Source of the DNA: Octopus vulgaris
Taxonomy: Eukaryota
Length of the DNA: 64,000 nt
Direction: 5' to 3'
NCBI GenBank assembly: GCA_951406725.2
Contig: OX597815.1
Coordinates: 190,588,001-190,652,000, forward strand
This document shows, piece by piece, positions 39,857 to 52,525 of the stretch. Under the pieces are notes generated by a model. That model had not been told where the DNA came from. It did not search any database and saw only the letters and a list, made by a program, of their open reading frames with translations. The position numbers were made by a program, and so were the translations under genes. Every line of letters begins with the position of its first letter. The first letter of the stretch is position 1.

Positions 39857-40459
39857 AGTAGTTTAAAGAGAGATCTAGTTACTATTTATTGGAGATCTAC
39901 TGACCATGCAGAGGTTTACCTCTTCCTTTCATAATACTGGTCCCTATCATTATAATAAAGATGACATAAACAAAGCAATAATTTTCTCTACTGTAAGCAT
40001 AAAGCCTGAAATTAAGTCGACCCCAGTGTATGACTGGTACTTATTTCATCGTCCCTGAAAAGATGAACAGTAAAGTCACAGAATTTGAATTCATTTTAAG
40101 TGGCAGAATTTGAACTCAGAATGTAAAGATGGACAAAATGCCACAAAACATTTTTGTCCAGTATGCTAATGGTTCTGCCAGCTCCCTGCCTTAAACAAAA
40201 TAATAATAAAATAATAATAAGAATTTACAAAAATGATGAGGGCTGGAGGGTGTATCAGCTGGAGCGTTATGTTAACAACAAACAAGATGAGACAAGTTCT
40301 GCAACAATTCGGCTTGTAATTCTGTGAATTCATATTTAAGGAAGCAAGCTAGCAAAATCATTTGTATGTCAGCTACAATACTTATGGCTTTACGTTAGCC
40401 TTGGACCAACCAAAGCCTTGTGAATGGATTTGGTAGATGGAAACTGAAAGAATCCTGTC

Positions 40460-40945
40460 AAAGCACCATCCAAATGTGGCCGATGCCAGTGCCTCCTTGA
40501 CTGGCTTCTGTGCTGGCGGTACGTAAAATGCACCCACTACACTCTCGGAGTGGTTGGTGTTAGAAAGGGCATCCAGCTGTAGAAACACTGCCAGATCAGA
40601 TTGGGGCCTGGTGCAGCCTCCTGGCTTTCCAAACCCCAGTCGAACCTATTTCTTTACTACCCACAAGGGGCTAAACACAGAGAGGACAAACAAGGACAGA
40701 CACATGGATTAAGTCGATTATATCGATCCCAGTGCGTAACTGGTACTTATTTAATCGACCCCAAAAGGATGAAAGGCAAAGTCAACCTCGGCAGAATTTG
40801 AACTCAGAACGTAACGGCAGACGAAATACGGCTACGCATTTCGCCCAGCGTGCTAACGTTTCTGCCAGCTCGCTGCCTTAAACCTAGTCGAACCGTCCAA
40901 CCCATGCCAGCATGGAAAACGGACGTTAAACGATGATGATGATGA
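40460..40945. mobile_element. RTE 3'-UTR fragment (+) interrupted by SINE B (-, ~40647-40879)
   Basis: Duplicated target aaaccccagtcgaacc / aaacctagtcgaacc flanks the SINE. Confidence 0.8.
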
Positions 40946-41259
40946 TAAACTTCAACCAAAAAGTGCAGTAAAAGGATAGTGGCAGTAAAAATATCATAAT
41001 TTTATTTATCCGTTTTGTAAAGCAGACATTAATCTCCTGTAGGAATATTGTTGGACTTCTTCAGTAAAACATTTATTTCCAGTCAAACCGATTTAGATGA
41101 CTGAATAATTTATTAACTGAGAACTACAGACAAAGAGGAATCTCTGAGTGTAGGCAGCTTTTGTCAATGGTATTCTACATGGGAGTGATATAGTTAAAGC
41201 TGATGTCTTCATGTTTTTACATTAGCAATTTTAATGCCATGTACACACCTTTCCCCCAT

Positions 41260-41305
<46 letters not shown>

Positions 41306-41361
41306 TAAAACAAATGATAGAGACAGAAAATAAAATGAAATACATGGGAAACTTTATTGCT

Positions 41362-41463
41362 CACAACAATTGTTTCGACACATCCTGTATCAATCCTTAA
41401 TGAGTAGGAAACTACACAACTAGTTATGGTGCATCCTTCGGTGTAGAAGCATCTCCTCAGGTG
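41362..41463 (-). ncRNA. Type I hammerhead ribozyme candidate with canonical core
   Basis: CAC-CUGAGGA-GAUGC-[long loop]-GUGUC-GAAAC-AAUU-GU-U-GUG; palindromic stem III ACAAUUGU. Confidence 0.7.
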
Positions 41464-41553
41464 CTGTAATAAGAGGTGTCTCATTAAATGAACCCTGTTT
41501 TGCTCAGATTTAATACAGCTTGTTATTAGCGTCCATTGGTTAAGGCTGTTGGG

Positions 41554-41589
<36 letters not shown>

Positions 41590-41744
41590 ATATAAATTAG
41601 AGATAAAACCACTATTATGCAATTCAAAAAATGATAGACATAAACCAAAATATAAATAAGAAATAAAATATATTTTTATAAAACATATAACTAGATCACA
41701 AAAAGTATAAAAATGAATAATCAATATATAATAAGTAAAAAAAA

Positions 41745-41842
41745 AACTGCGTACATTTCATGGTTACAATTAAATTCGAATTACAATTAAATTTAAATTT
41801 AATTGAAATGAATTCAATTTAAAAATTGTCAATCTTCAGGTT
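41745..41842 (-). ncRNA. Degenerate hammerhead motif with long AU-rich stem II
   Basis: AAC-CUGAAGA-UUGACAAUU...AAUUGUAACCAU-GAAAU-GUAC-GC-A-GUU. Confidence 0.45.
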
Positions 41843-42629
41843 AACAATAATAGTTAAATAAATAAGGAAATAGAGTTAAACAATATTTATTTTTAAAAAT
41901 ATATAAAATAATAAATTTTCTTATAGAAGAAACTCCATCAACTAAATTTGAAATTTAAAACATTAGGATCAGTTTCCTATGACACATTTATTAAATATTT
42001 AATATTTAAGGTAAAAGAAATAGAGTAAATAGATAGAAAAATGTATTTATTTATGAAAATATAATTTAGCTTAAAAAAACATTAATAAACTATAGAATAT
42101 CTTTAACCTCGTTATGCTCCAATATTTAATTACGAAACTATTTAACAAAATAATCACTATTAATATTTTTAGATTTTAGTTCACATATAATAATTATGAA
42201 ATAATAAATACATAAGAATAAGTATCTAAATTATAATCAACAAATATAGTAATTAAGAATCTATATTTTTTCTATCATTAAACATATAAACAATAAATAA
42301 ATTCCTATATGAATATTATGGATTATTACAGAAAACTACCCAAGGAAGTATATATGGATTTAAAGAATCTCATCAAAAGCAGTAATTTTAATTTTTAATT
42401 TATATTTCAAGCAAACACCATTCCTTTTTTTATCAATCTTCTTTTTCTCACACTTCCTTCCATACGTATGCCACATGGGCTTTATTTACATGTATTTTTA
42501 GGTATATTTATATATATTTATATTCTATAAATATTTTTAAAAATATTCATGTGTCGATATGTATTAATATATGTATATGCATTTTAAGTCGAATTTATAA
42601 ATGTATGAGTATGATTGCCTAATTTGAGT

Positions 42630-43604
42630 TTAGCCATTCTACATGGCAGTGAAACACAGGCCGTGACTGCTGAAGACATGTGTAAGCTCACAAGGAATGA
42701 AGCGAGTATTCTCCGATGGGTGTGTAATGTCAGTGTGCATACTCGACAGAGTGTAAGTACCTTGAGAGAAAAGTTGGACCTAAGAAGCATCAGATGTGGT
42801 ATGCAAGAGAGATGACTGCACTGATATGGTCATGTGGTGAGAATGGATGAGGATAGCTGTGTGGAAAAGTGCCACACCCTAGCGGTTGAGGGAACCTGTG
42901 GAAGAGGTAGACCCTGGAAGACCTGGGATGAAGTGGTGAAGCACGAGCTTCGAACTTTAGGCCTCACCGAGAAAATGACTAGTGACCGAGACTTTTGGAA
43001 ACATGCAGAGCGGGAAAAGACCCGGCAAGCCGAGACCATAACCTGTGGCCTATGCCAGGGGTGTGACCAGCCCACTTATGCATACCTTTCCTTCATTGGA
43101 CACTAAATTCTACTCATGAAGACCTGTTGAGGCAAGTGAAATTGAAATCAAATCAAATTCACAAATTCGATGACTGGCACCCATGCCAGGGGAGCACTAT
43201 GAGCACCATCCAAGCGTGATCTCTGCCAGAGCATCTGACTGGCTTCCATGACGGTGGCATGTAAAAACATGATCGTTACCAGTGTTGCCTTACTGGCACT
43301 TGTGCTGGTGGCACGTGAAAAACATTCGAGCAAGGTTGTTGTCAGTGCCACTGGACTGGCTCCTGTGCTGGTTGCACATTAAGCATGGCCGTTGCCAGTA
43401 CCACCTGACTGGCCCTCGTGCCGGTGGCACGTAAAAGCACCCACTACACTCTCGGAGTTGTTGGCATTAGGAAGGGCATCCAGCTGTAGAAAATCTGCCA
43501 GATCAGATTGGAGCCTGGTGCAGCCATCTGGTTCGCCAGTCCTCAGTCAAATTGTCCAACTCATGCTAGCATGGAAAGCAGACGTTAAACGATGATGACG
43601 ATGA
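42630..43604 (+). mobile_element. 5'-truncated, decayed RTE-clade LINE
   Basis: LHGSET...ILRWVCNVS...QER*LH*YGHVVRMDED...GRGRPWKTWDEVV, then 3' UTR and GAT tail; in-frame stops. Confidence 0.9.
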
Positions 43605-43790
43605 TATATATTCTTCGGATGAGGTCCTTAGTTTTGGTAAGGAGGAGTAAGAGGTAAGTCTTTTGTAAAGCAATAGATGTGTCCTTAAGAGAAATGCCAA
43701 GGAATTGTCTATCCATTACTGAAGCGTTAGCTGAGATAAGTGCTTTTCTCGCTATTATAAGCATTTATCTCTTTCTCTTTCCCTCCCTCC

Positions 43791-43839
<49 letters not shown>

Positions 43840-43937
43840 ATCTTATAAGTAAGGGCTAAAGAAGATTATTCTAAAGCCAATATACTGATTATCCACTTAT
43901 AATCCACTTGTTACAGGAAAATTGAAAATTGAAAATT

Positions 43938-43974
<37 letters not shown>

Positions 43975-43994
43975 GAATAGTTACGACTATAACT

Positions 43995-44328
43995 TCCTTA
44001 TATATCGAAAAGGCAGGTTGTCTGTCTGTGTGTCTGTATGTCTGTCAGGTTGTACCCTCACCCTGACCACGGCTTTCAACTGATTCTGATGAAACTTGAC
44101 ACACACATAGCCCAATGTCATAATTCAAAACTAACGCAGCGAAAATTTTGAAATGTTCCCCCAGTTCTGAAAAAAGTTTATAAATTCCGCCACTTCAAGC
44201 AGTCAACGAGACAAAACATGACCAGACAACATAACCTAGGCATACTTCTGCTAATCGCAGCTGCAGCCGCAAGCCGTTGCCTACTAGGGGCTCTTACATA
44301 CCCGGGCAACGCTGGGCTATGCTGCTAG
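43995..44328 (+). mobile_element. Non-autonomous Helitron (second family)
   Basis: 3' hairpin cccgggcaacgctggg then CTAG^T; 5' tccttatatat with tgtctgtctg microrepeat. Confidence 0.7.
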
Positions 44329-44411
44329 TATATATATATATGTAACATATGGTATAATTATAAGCAGGGCAAACTTTTTAGCCATTCCTCCGCAAACTGA
44401 AAAAATGATGA

Positions 44412-44454
44412 GCCTTAATTGATTTTCAAACCTTATTGGGTTCTCATCAGAGGC
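44412..44454 (-). ncRNA. Compact type I hammerhead ribozyme candidate
   Basis: GCCU-CUGAUGA-GAACC-CAAUAA-GGUUU-GAAAA-UCAA-UU-A-AGGC. Confidence 0.7.
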
Positions 44455-45284
44455 ATCTACATCATTCTATACACATACACATATATACGGACACACATAC
44501 ATATACACACACAAGGACATGCATGCATACACCCATACATACTTACAAACATACATGCATGCATGCATACACTGACAGAAATATATACATACATACATGC
44601 ATACACACATTGACAGAAATACATACATACATACATACATAGATTGACAGAAATACATACATACATACATACATACATACATACATACACTGACAGAAAT
44701 ACATACATACATACATACATACATACATACACACATTGACAGAAATACATACATACATACATACATACATACATACATACATACATACATACATACATAC
44801 ATACATACATGCATACTTAGGGAGACCTACAAGTGTGACCTATCACATGATAGAGAGTATAGCACATCAGTGTGTTTGCTTGGAGTCATTTGACAGACTA
44901 TTTACATAATACAATAAATCAACAACTTGAAAATTATTATGTTGCTATCCAGCTGTTTGATCCAGATCTCTTTTCTGTTTGATTTTTCTTTATAACATAT
45001 TTTTCCTTTCATGTTGCTGGTAGCTCACTCGGTGAATGACACATGGAACAGAGCTGGGCTGCATAATTAAAATCAAAAATAGACTACGAAAAATGCAAAA
45101 CTTTGAAAAGGAAATTTTGCTGCTAAAAATGCAAAATTTTGTAAGAAGAAAACAATTTCTTTGTTTTTATGTTTTTACTTACCTTTTTTATTCTTTTACT
45201 GGTTTCTGTCATTGGACTGTGACCATGCTGGGGCACTGCTTAAGTAACCATTAATAACAAGATTTCAGAGTTTTTAGTTGGCAA

Positions 45285-45670
45285 AGGCGTGGCTGTGTGG
45301 TAAGAAGCTTATTTTCCAACCACATGGTTCCAGTTTCAGTCTCACTGTGTGGCACCTTTGGCAAGTGTCTTCTACTTTAGCCTCGGGTCTACTAAAATCT
45401 TATGAGTGGATTTGGTAAACAAACTGAAAGAAGATCATCATGTTTGAGTGTGTGTTTGTCCCCTCCCCCACTATTTGACAATTGTTGGTTTTGGTGCTGG
45501 TATTTTTACATGCTTGTAACTTAGATGTTCAGCAAAAGAGACTAATAGAATCAATACCAGCCTTAAAAAAAAAAGCAAGTTCTGGGATCGATTCATTTGA
45601 CTAAAAATTCTTCACAGTAGTACCCCAGCATGGCCACAGTCTAATGACTGAAACAAGGAAAAGATAAAAG
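45285..45670 (+). mobile_element. SINE family A (diverged)
   Basis: Family motifs. Confidence 0.75.
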
Positions 45671-45808
45671 TGGACAATAACAACAGCAGCTAAAGTTTAG
45701 TTTGTTGGACATATTCATTGAGAAGACTGACAGTCATGGGACACACAAGAGAGACATACATTAGGTGTGTTCATCTAAACTGACGGCTAATTGTAGTATT
45801 TTATATAT

Positions 45809-46065
45809 AAACAAGAGCACTCAGAGAGTGCAAACCTCTGCCAAGGCAACACCAACGTCCTCTCAACGATTAGCCAGAGATGATTTTTAAAATGAGAATA
45901 GGCGCAGGAGTGGCTGTGTGGTAAGTAGTTTGCTAACCAACCACATGGTTGCGGGTTCAGTCCCACTGTGTGGCATCTTGGGCAAGTGTCTTCTGCTATA
46001 GCCCCAGGCCAACCAATGCCTTGTGAGTGGATTTGGTAGACGGAAACTGAAAGAAGCCTGTCGTA

Positions 46066-46111
<46 letters not shown>

Positions 46112-46850
46112 ATTGTGTGTCTGTGTTTGTCCCCTAGCATTGCTTGACAACCGATGCTGGTGTGTTTACGTCCCCGTCACTTAGCGGTTCAGCAAAAGAG
46201 ACCGATAGAATAAGTACTGGGCTTACAAAGAATAAGTCCCGGGGTCGATTTGCTTGACTAAAGGCGGTGCTCCAGCATGGCCGCAGTTAAATGACTGAAA
46301 CAAGTAAAAGAGAAAAAGAGAGTATCTGAAATAAACTTGACTGCTCTCACAAATGAGAATACTAAAAACCACTCTCAAAAGTAAAGTAAAAAAAAAAAAA
46401 CAGGAAAAATAATCCAGAATTCTTGTCTGATACCAGATCGATCCCAAAATTTAATCAGTTTGTGCCAGTCACAAGGCCAAACATCCCTGAAAGTTTCATC
46501 CTAATCCATCCAGCAGTTCTTGAGATATCTTGTCCACAGACAAACATACACGACTGAAAACAATAACTCCGCGCCTAAGCGAAGGCAAAAGTAACAAGAT
46601 CACTCAGAGAGTTCAAACCTCTGCCAAAGAAAACACCAATGTCCTGTCAATGATTAGTCAGGGATGATTTTTAAAATGAGAATATCTGAAATAAACTTGA
46701 CTGCTTTCACAAAGGAGAATATTAAAAATGAACCTGACCACTTTCAAAAATTAATTTAAAAAACCAGAAAAAATAATCCAGAATCCTTGTCTGGTACCAG
46801 ATTGATCCCAAAATCTAATCAGTTTGTGCCAGTCACGAGGACAAACATCA
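45809..46850. mobile_element. Tandem Helentron-associated (HINE/DINE-1-like) elements, the first interrupted by SINE A
   Basis: Units start aacaaga.cactcagagag...aacctctgccaa at ~45809 and ~46593. The first has aagtttcatc.taatccatcc and ends acagacaaac...gaaaacaataactccgc plus a hairpin. Confidence 0.6.
45901..46320 (+). mobile_element. SINE family A, full length
   Basis: Inserted at gagaata|tctgaaataaac; the empty site is visible in the second HINE unit (~46678-46700). Confidence 0.9.
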
Positions 46851-46899
46851 TTTAATATTGTTTAACTAAAATTGATATCTTGCTCAGAGATTTAATATA

Positions 46900-47100
46900 C
46901 TCTTTTACTCTTTTAATTGTTTCAGTCATTTGACTGCGGCCATGCTGGAGCACCGCCTTTAGTCGAGCAAATTGACCCCGGGACTTATTCTTTGTAAGCC
47001 CAGTACTTAACCTATCGGTCTCTTTTGCCGAACTGCTAAGTGACGGGGACGTAAACACACGAGCATCAGTTGTCAAGCAATGCTAGGGGGACAAACACAG

Positions 47101-47138
<38 letters not shown>

Positions 47139-47300
47139 GACAGGCTTCTTTCAGTTTCCATCTACCAAATCCACTCACAAGGCATTGGTCGGCCCGGGGC
47201 TATAGCAGAAGACACTTGCCCAAGATGCCACGCAGTGGGACTGAACCCGCAACCATGTGGTTGGTTAGCAAGTTACTTACCACACAGCCACTACTGCGCC
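46900..47300 (-). mobile_element. SINE family A, full length, flanked by a 43-bp direct repeat
   Basis: attgtttaactaaaattgatatcttgctcagagatttaatata at 46857-46899 and 47302-47344. Confidence 0.9.
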
Positions 47301-48207
47301 CATTGTTTAACTAAAATTGATATCTTGCTCAGAGATTTAATATAGCTTATTTCTCCTTTTTAAAATGGATTATTTTAATATTTTATTTATATTCTGCAAT
47401 CTTAGTACATACACTGTAGAATATTAACATTTATTTAAATGACATCTTCATAAACAATGCTCTTAGTCACAATTCTGTTTTCACCATTTATAATGTGCCA
47501 CCTTGGCTGATTTGATGGTGATTTGGCTACTATTTTTAGCATATTGATTAACCACATAAAAAAACTCTCATTTGTGTATATATGTCTCTTTAACAGTAAT
47601 ATTTGCAGTAAATGATGAATGTCAAAGGAAATTTTTTTAAATAATTTCATCCAAAATATTAATGTAATATGTTAACAAAATATCTGATTGATAAGTTTCT
47701 GTGAATTATTTTTATTCACAATATGAAATGCTTTCACAATATTTTTCATTAATAATTTCACAGTTGTCATATATCAACAGATATTTAATTAGAAAATAAT
47801 ATATATATATCTTACAAATAACTGAATTAACTGCTTTACTGACTGAAGATGTTTATGAAATAGTTTAGATATCTTAAATAATAAGAAATTTTTAGTGGCA
47901 GAAGAAATTGCATTCAATAAATCAAAGTAGTTTAAACTGTTTTCTTAGCAAACATGTCACTATCTTCAGTGCCATACTCTTTCTTCTTCCAATTTTCTAA
48001 TCTTTATCTTTTTCCTTTCATTACACAATCAATAGTTATATTTGTTTGAGAGTGAAATATTCATGGACATTTTTTTCTGGTGGCATGACAGGTATCAGTA
48101 AACTTTGACCAAAAATAAAACATGAACCTTATTTTCCCTCATTACATGTGTGAATTCACTGAAAAAAATTGAATACATTCATTATTTTTTGTTTTGTTTC
48201 TCCAAAT

Positions 48208-48373
48208 AGACGCAGGAGTGGCTGTGTGGTAAGTAGCTTGCTTATCAACCACATGGTTCCGGGTTCATTCCCACTGCGTGGCACCTTGGGCAAGTGTCTT
48301 CTACTATAGCCTCGGGTCAACCAAAGCCTTGTGAGTGGATTTGGTAGACGGAAACTGAAAGAAGCTTGTCGTA

Positions 48374-48438
<65 letters not shown>

Positions 48439-48663
48439 ATATGTTTGTGTGTCTGTGTTTGTACCCCCACCCAACATCACTTGACAACCGATGCTGGTGT
48501 GTTTACATCTCCGTAACTTAGCGGTTCAGCAAAATAGACTGATAGAATAAGTTCTAGGCTTCCAAAGAATAAGTCCTGGGGTCAATCAGCTCGACTAAAA
48601 GCATGGCCTCAGTCAAATGACTGAAACAAGTAAAAGAGTGTAAAAAGGGAAAAAAGAGAGAGT
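48208..48663 (+). mobile_element. SINE family A, full length
   Basis: Family motifs. Confidence 0.85.
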
Positions 48664-48898
48664 AAGTATTTTTCATGAAAATCATCTTTATATCAAGATG
48701 AAGAGACATATGGACAAAGAAAGATGGCTCCTATAATAATATTGATTATGACTAAGTAATAATAATGGTGAAGAGATAAGTTCTTAGTAAACCAAATTTA
48801 TAACTCTCGTTTAATTATCAGTAGAAAGAATATCTTAAATTCTAGCGTATTATGTTTCAGGTAAGCAGAAACATTATAAATTCTTACTTCTACGCATC

Positions 48899-49978
48899 TT
48901 AACCATTTTGACACCAACCTGGCTAAAATCCCCTCTGGCTCTGTAGTACAAATTGTCTTGCTTTCAAAAGTTCTGAATTAAAATCTTCCACTAAACCTTA
49001 GTAACAATTTAAGTTCCTAACACTAGCTTAATGATAACTAAGTTGTTTTATTAAATTCTTTGTTATATTTAAAATTAATTGAAATAGGAGTGGATGTGTA
49101 GTAAGTAGCTTGCTTAGCAACCACATCGTTCCAGGTTCATTCCCACTGCGTGGGACCTCGGGCAAGTGTCTTCTACTATAGCCTTGGGCTGACCAAAGCC
49201 TTGTGAGTGGATTTGGTAGACGGAAACTGAAAGAAGCCCATCATATATATATATATGTATGTATATGTTTGTGTGTCTGTGTTTGTCCCCCCAACATCGC
49301 TTGACAACCGATGCTGGTGTGTTCACGTCCCATAACTTAGCAGTTCGGCAAGAGACCGATAGAATAAGTACAAAGCTTGAATAAGTCCTAGGGTCGATTT
49401 CCTTGACTAAAGGCAGTGCTCTAGCATGGCTGCAGTCAAATGACTGAAACAAATAAAAGAATTTAAAAATATAAGAATACAGAACATCTCAACAGAAATA
49501 TGGTGACAAAAGGGTTAACAAATGTTTAATTTAACCTATTTGATACCAACTTGGCTGAAACTGCCTCTGGCTCTGTGGTACAAATATCTTGTTTTCAAAA
49601 GTTCTCAATTAAAATCTTCCACCAAACCTTAGTAACAATTTATGTTCCTAACACTAGCTTAATGATAACTAAATTATTTAACTAATTTAAAATTAATTGA
49701 AAGAAACACAGAGCATCTCAACAGGAATATGGTAACAAAAGGGTTAACAAATGATTAATTTAACCCTTTTGACACCAACTACCTGAAACTCTTTAGTACA
49801 GATGTCTTGTTTACATAAGTTTTGAATTAAAATCTTCCACCAAACCTTAGTCACAATTTATGTTTCTAACACTGGCTTAGTGTTAACTAAATTATTTTAC
49901 TAAATTCTTTGTTATATTTAAAATTAATTGAAAGAAACACAGAGCATCTCAACAGAAATATGGTAACAAAAGGGTTAA
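48899..49978. mobile_element. Three tandem piggyBac-like MITEs (first carries SINE A at 49086-49462)
   Basis: Each unit is TTAA|CC(C)TTT...AAAGGG|TTAA: 48899-49518, 49531-49747 and 49760-49978. Confidence 0.75.
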
Positions 49979-50579
49979 AGCATGTAATAACTTCATCTCA
50001 TGAAAAAGAAGAATCTTTATAGCATAATAATAGTTATTATTAAAGAGGTGGCATTGCAAAGTTCACGAGATATTGGACAACCAAAGCAATGTCTGTAAGT
50101 TTAGACTGCATAGTAAGCATTTTATTTTAGCAGCAGAAAAACAAACAAGGGAAGTGATGGGGATACTGGGCCTCACAGACGACATCATACAAAACAGATG
50201 ATAAATGATGATGATGACAACGACGATGACAACGATGACAGTGGTTGTGTTGATAGCAATTACCATGATGATGATGATACTGATGCTGCTGCTGATGATG
50301 ATGCTGATGATGATGGTGATGATGGTGATGCTGATGATGTTGATGATGGTGATAATGATGGTGATGATGGTGATGCTGCTGCTGATGGTGATGACGATGA
50401 CGAGGAGGAGGATATGAACAGATTACTTAATTTCAATGGTTCTCAATTTACTGCAGTGTAAGAAAGAGGCATGATGTCTTCAACGAATGTCAACTAGTGT
50501 CCAGAATGGATATAACTTTCATCTGATTAGCATTATATAATCCAGAGGCAAGCACTGGCTTTATGAAATTCCTTATAGT

Positions 50580-51273
50580 TCATGGAGAAAAGAGCATCAG
50601 CAGCAGTAGTAGTAGTAGTAGTAGTAGTAACATTTGAGTCAGTTGTGGTGGTGACAGTGGCGCTGGTGGTGGCGCTGATGCTGGTGTTGTTGTTTTGTTG
50701 TTGCTGTTATTGTTGGTGGTGGTGGGGACGGCAGTGGTGGTGGTGGTCCTGGTGTTTTTGTTGTTGTTGTTGTTGGTAGTGGCAGTGGTGCTGGTGTTGT
50801 TGTTGTTGTTGGTGGTGGTTACAGTGTTGGCGGTGGTGGTGTCAGTGGTGCTAGTATTGTTGTTGTTGGTGGTGGTGGTGGTTACGGTGGTGGCAGTGGT
50901 GGTGGTGTCAGTGGTGGTGGTGTCAGTGGTGCTGGTATTGTTGTTGTTGGTGTTGTTGTTAGTGGTGGTGCTGGTGTTGTTGGTGGTGGTGTCAGTGGTG
51001 CTGGTATTGTTGTTGTTGTTGTTGGTGGTGGTGGCTGTGGTGCTGGTGTTGTTGTTGTTGTTGGTGGTGGTGGCAGTGATGGTGGTGGTAGTGTCAGTGG
51101 TGCTGGTTTTGTTGTTGCTGTTGGTGGTAGTAGTGGTGGTGATGGTGGCAGCAGTGGTGGGTGGGTGAAGGGAAGCACAAAACGGTAAGAGAATCTGCTG
51201 CTGGACTCGTGGGCTCGTGGCTTCACAGAGAAAATCCGTCATCTCGTTTATTGATTCTAATATTGATGCATTT
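50580..51273 (-). CDS. Candidate terminal coding exon: short Cys-containing segment, Thr/Asn-rich stalk and hydrophobic C-terminus
   Basis: Acceptor cttaat...gttgttatttctgtttctggcag| lies just after the last upstream in-frame stop. It reads NASILESINEMTDFLCEATSPRVQQQILLPFCASLHPP-(T/N-rich)-MLLLLLLLLLLLMLFSP*. Most of the ORF is trinucleotide repeat, so it may be spurious. Confidence 0.3.
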
Positions 51274-52169
51274 CTGCCAGAAACAGAAATAACAACTTAT
51301 TAAGTAAGCGAGTAAATAAAAATAAGCTCTTATCTGTATATTGCATGGTGACATTTGTCTTTTTTCATAAATAAATTAATGATTTAGTTAGTTATTCATT
51401 AAAAACTGTCATAGTGACATGGCAAAAACAGAAAGAAAAAAAATTGAAAATTCATTTGCAGCGGCATTTTTTTTTTTTTGCCCCCTTGCATCAGTTTTTA
51501 CCATTTCCTTAGAAGTTGGGTCTGAAGGCTGGAGAAAGGGAGCAGGATGATGGCTACGGTGTAAGAAGACCCTGAAGAATTCGTGATCTGTTTGTTATGG
51601 CAACGGCATAAAAATGAAAGGATTTTAACAAGATGGTAATTCTTAGAATAAGGAATTGTAATGCTAAAGGTAATAGAAAGAAATGCGATGTAATAGGAAT
51701 TTAGATGCGAAGAAGAGAAGAGTAGGCCATAGAGAAGAAGAACCGAAAAAGAAAAATTCGAAGGAAGAAAGGAAATTTGCTGATATTCCAAATACCATGT
51801 ATGCAAAGTTACCAATTCAAAAAATCTCAATTTAATTATATATGTGAATTAATGATAGAGCATGTTCTTCTGGTGATAATAATAACCATGAATATCAGCC
51901 GATGAAATTGGAAAAGTATCAACAGCTAGCCTTTCAGATGATCCGTCTCAAAGAAGGTGAAGCTGCATGAATATTGCCAACACTGACAAGCTGGCTGTTC
52001 AGGTGATGTAATGAAAACAATTAAGGGAAATAGATTGGTCGGAGAAGAAGAAGAGAGGTAATATAAATAGAAGAAGATTGGATGGACTTGAGTGAAAATT
52101 GACTGAGCTGTTTAAAGGGTTTTAATAAACTCTAGATAGAGTCAGGTAATTTCTGGCCCAAAGCAGGCT

Positions 52170-52170
52170 T

Positions 52171-52209
<39 letters not shown>

Positions 52210-52525
52210 AAATCACCACACCACCACCACCCTCACTACTATTACTACCACCACCACCACCAATACTACTACTACCACCACCACCACCTTCACTACAACC
52301 CCACTATCACCACCACAATCACTGCCACCACCACCACCACCACCACAATCACCACCATTATCACCACCATCACTGCCACTACCACCAACACCACAATCAC
52401 CACCATCATCACCACCATCACCCCCACCACCACCACTACTACTACCATCGCCACCACTACCACAACCACCATCATCACTACCACAACCACCATCACTACT
52501 ACTACTACTACTGCTGCTACTGTTA
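52170..52525. repeat. (CTA)n/(CCA)n trinucleotide field
   Basis: Directly visible. Confidence 0.95.

Noticed and set aside
50198-50461. Asp-rich ORF resembling an acidic biomineral protein
   Set aside because: (GAT)n-derived, with no signal peptide or splice support.
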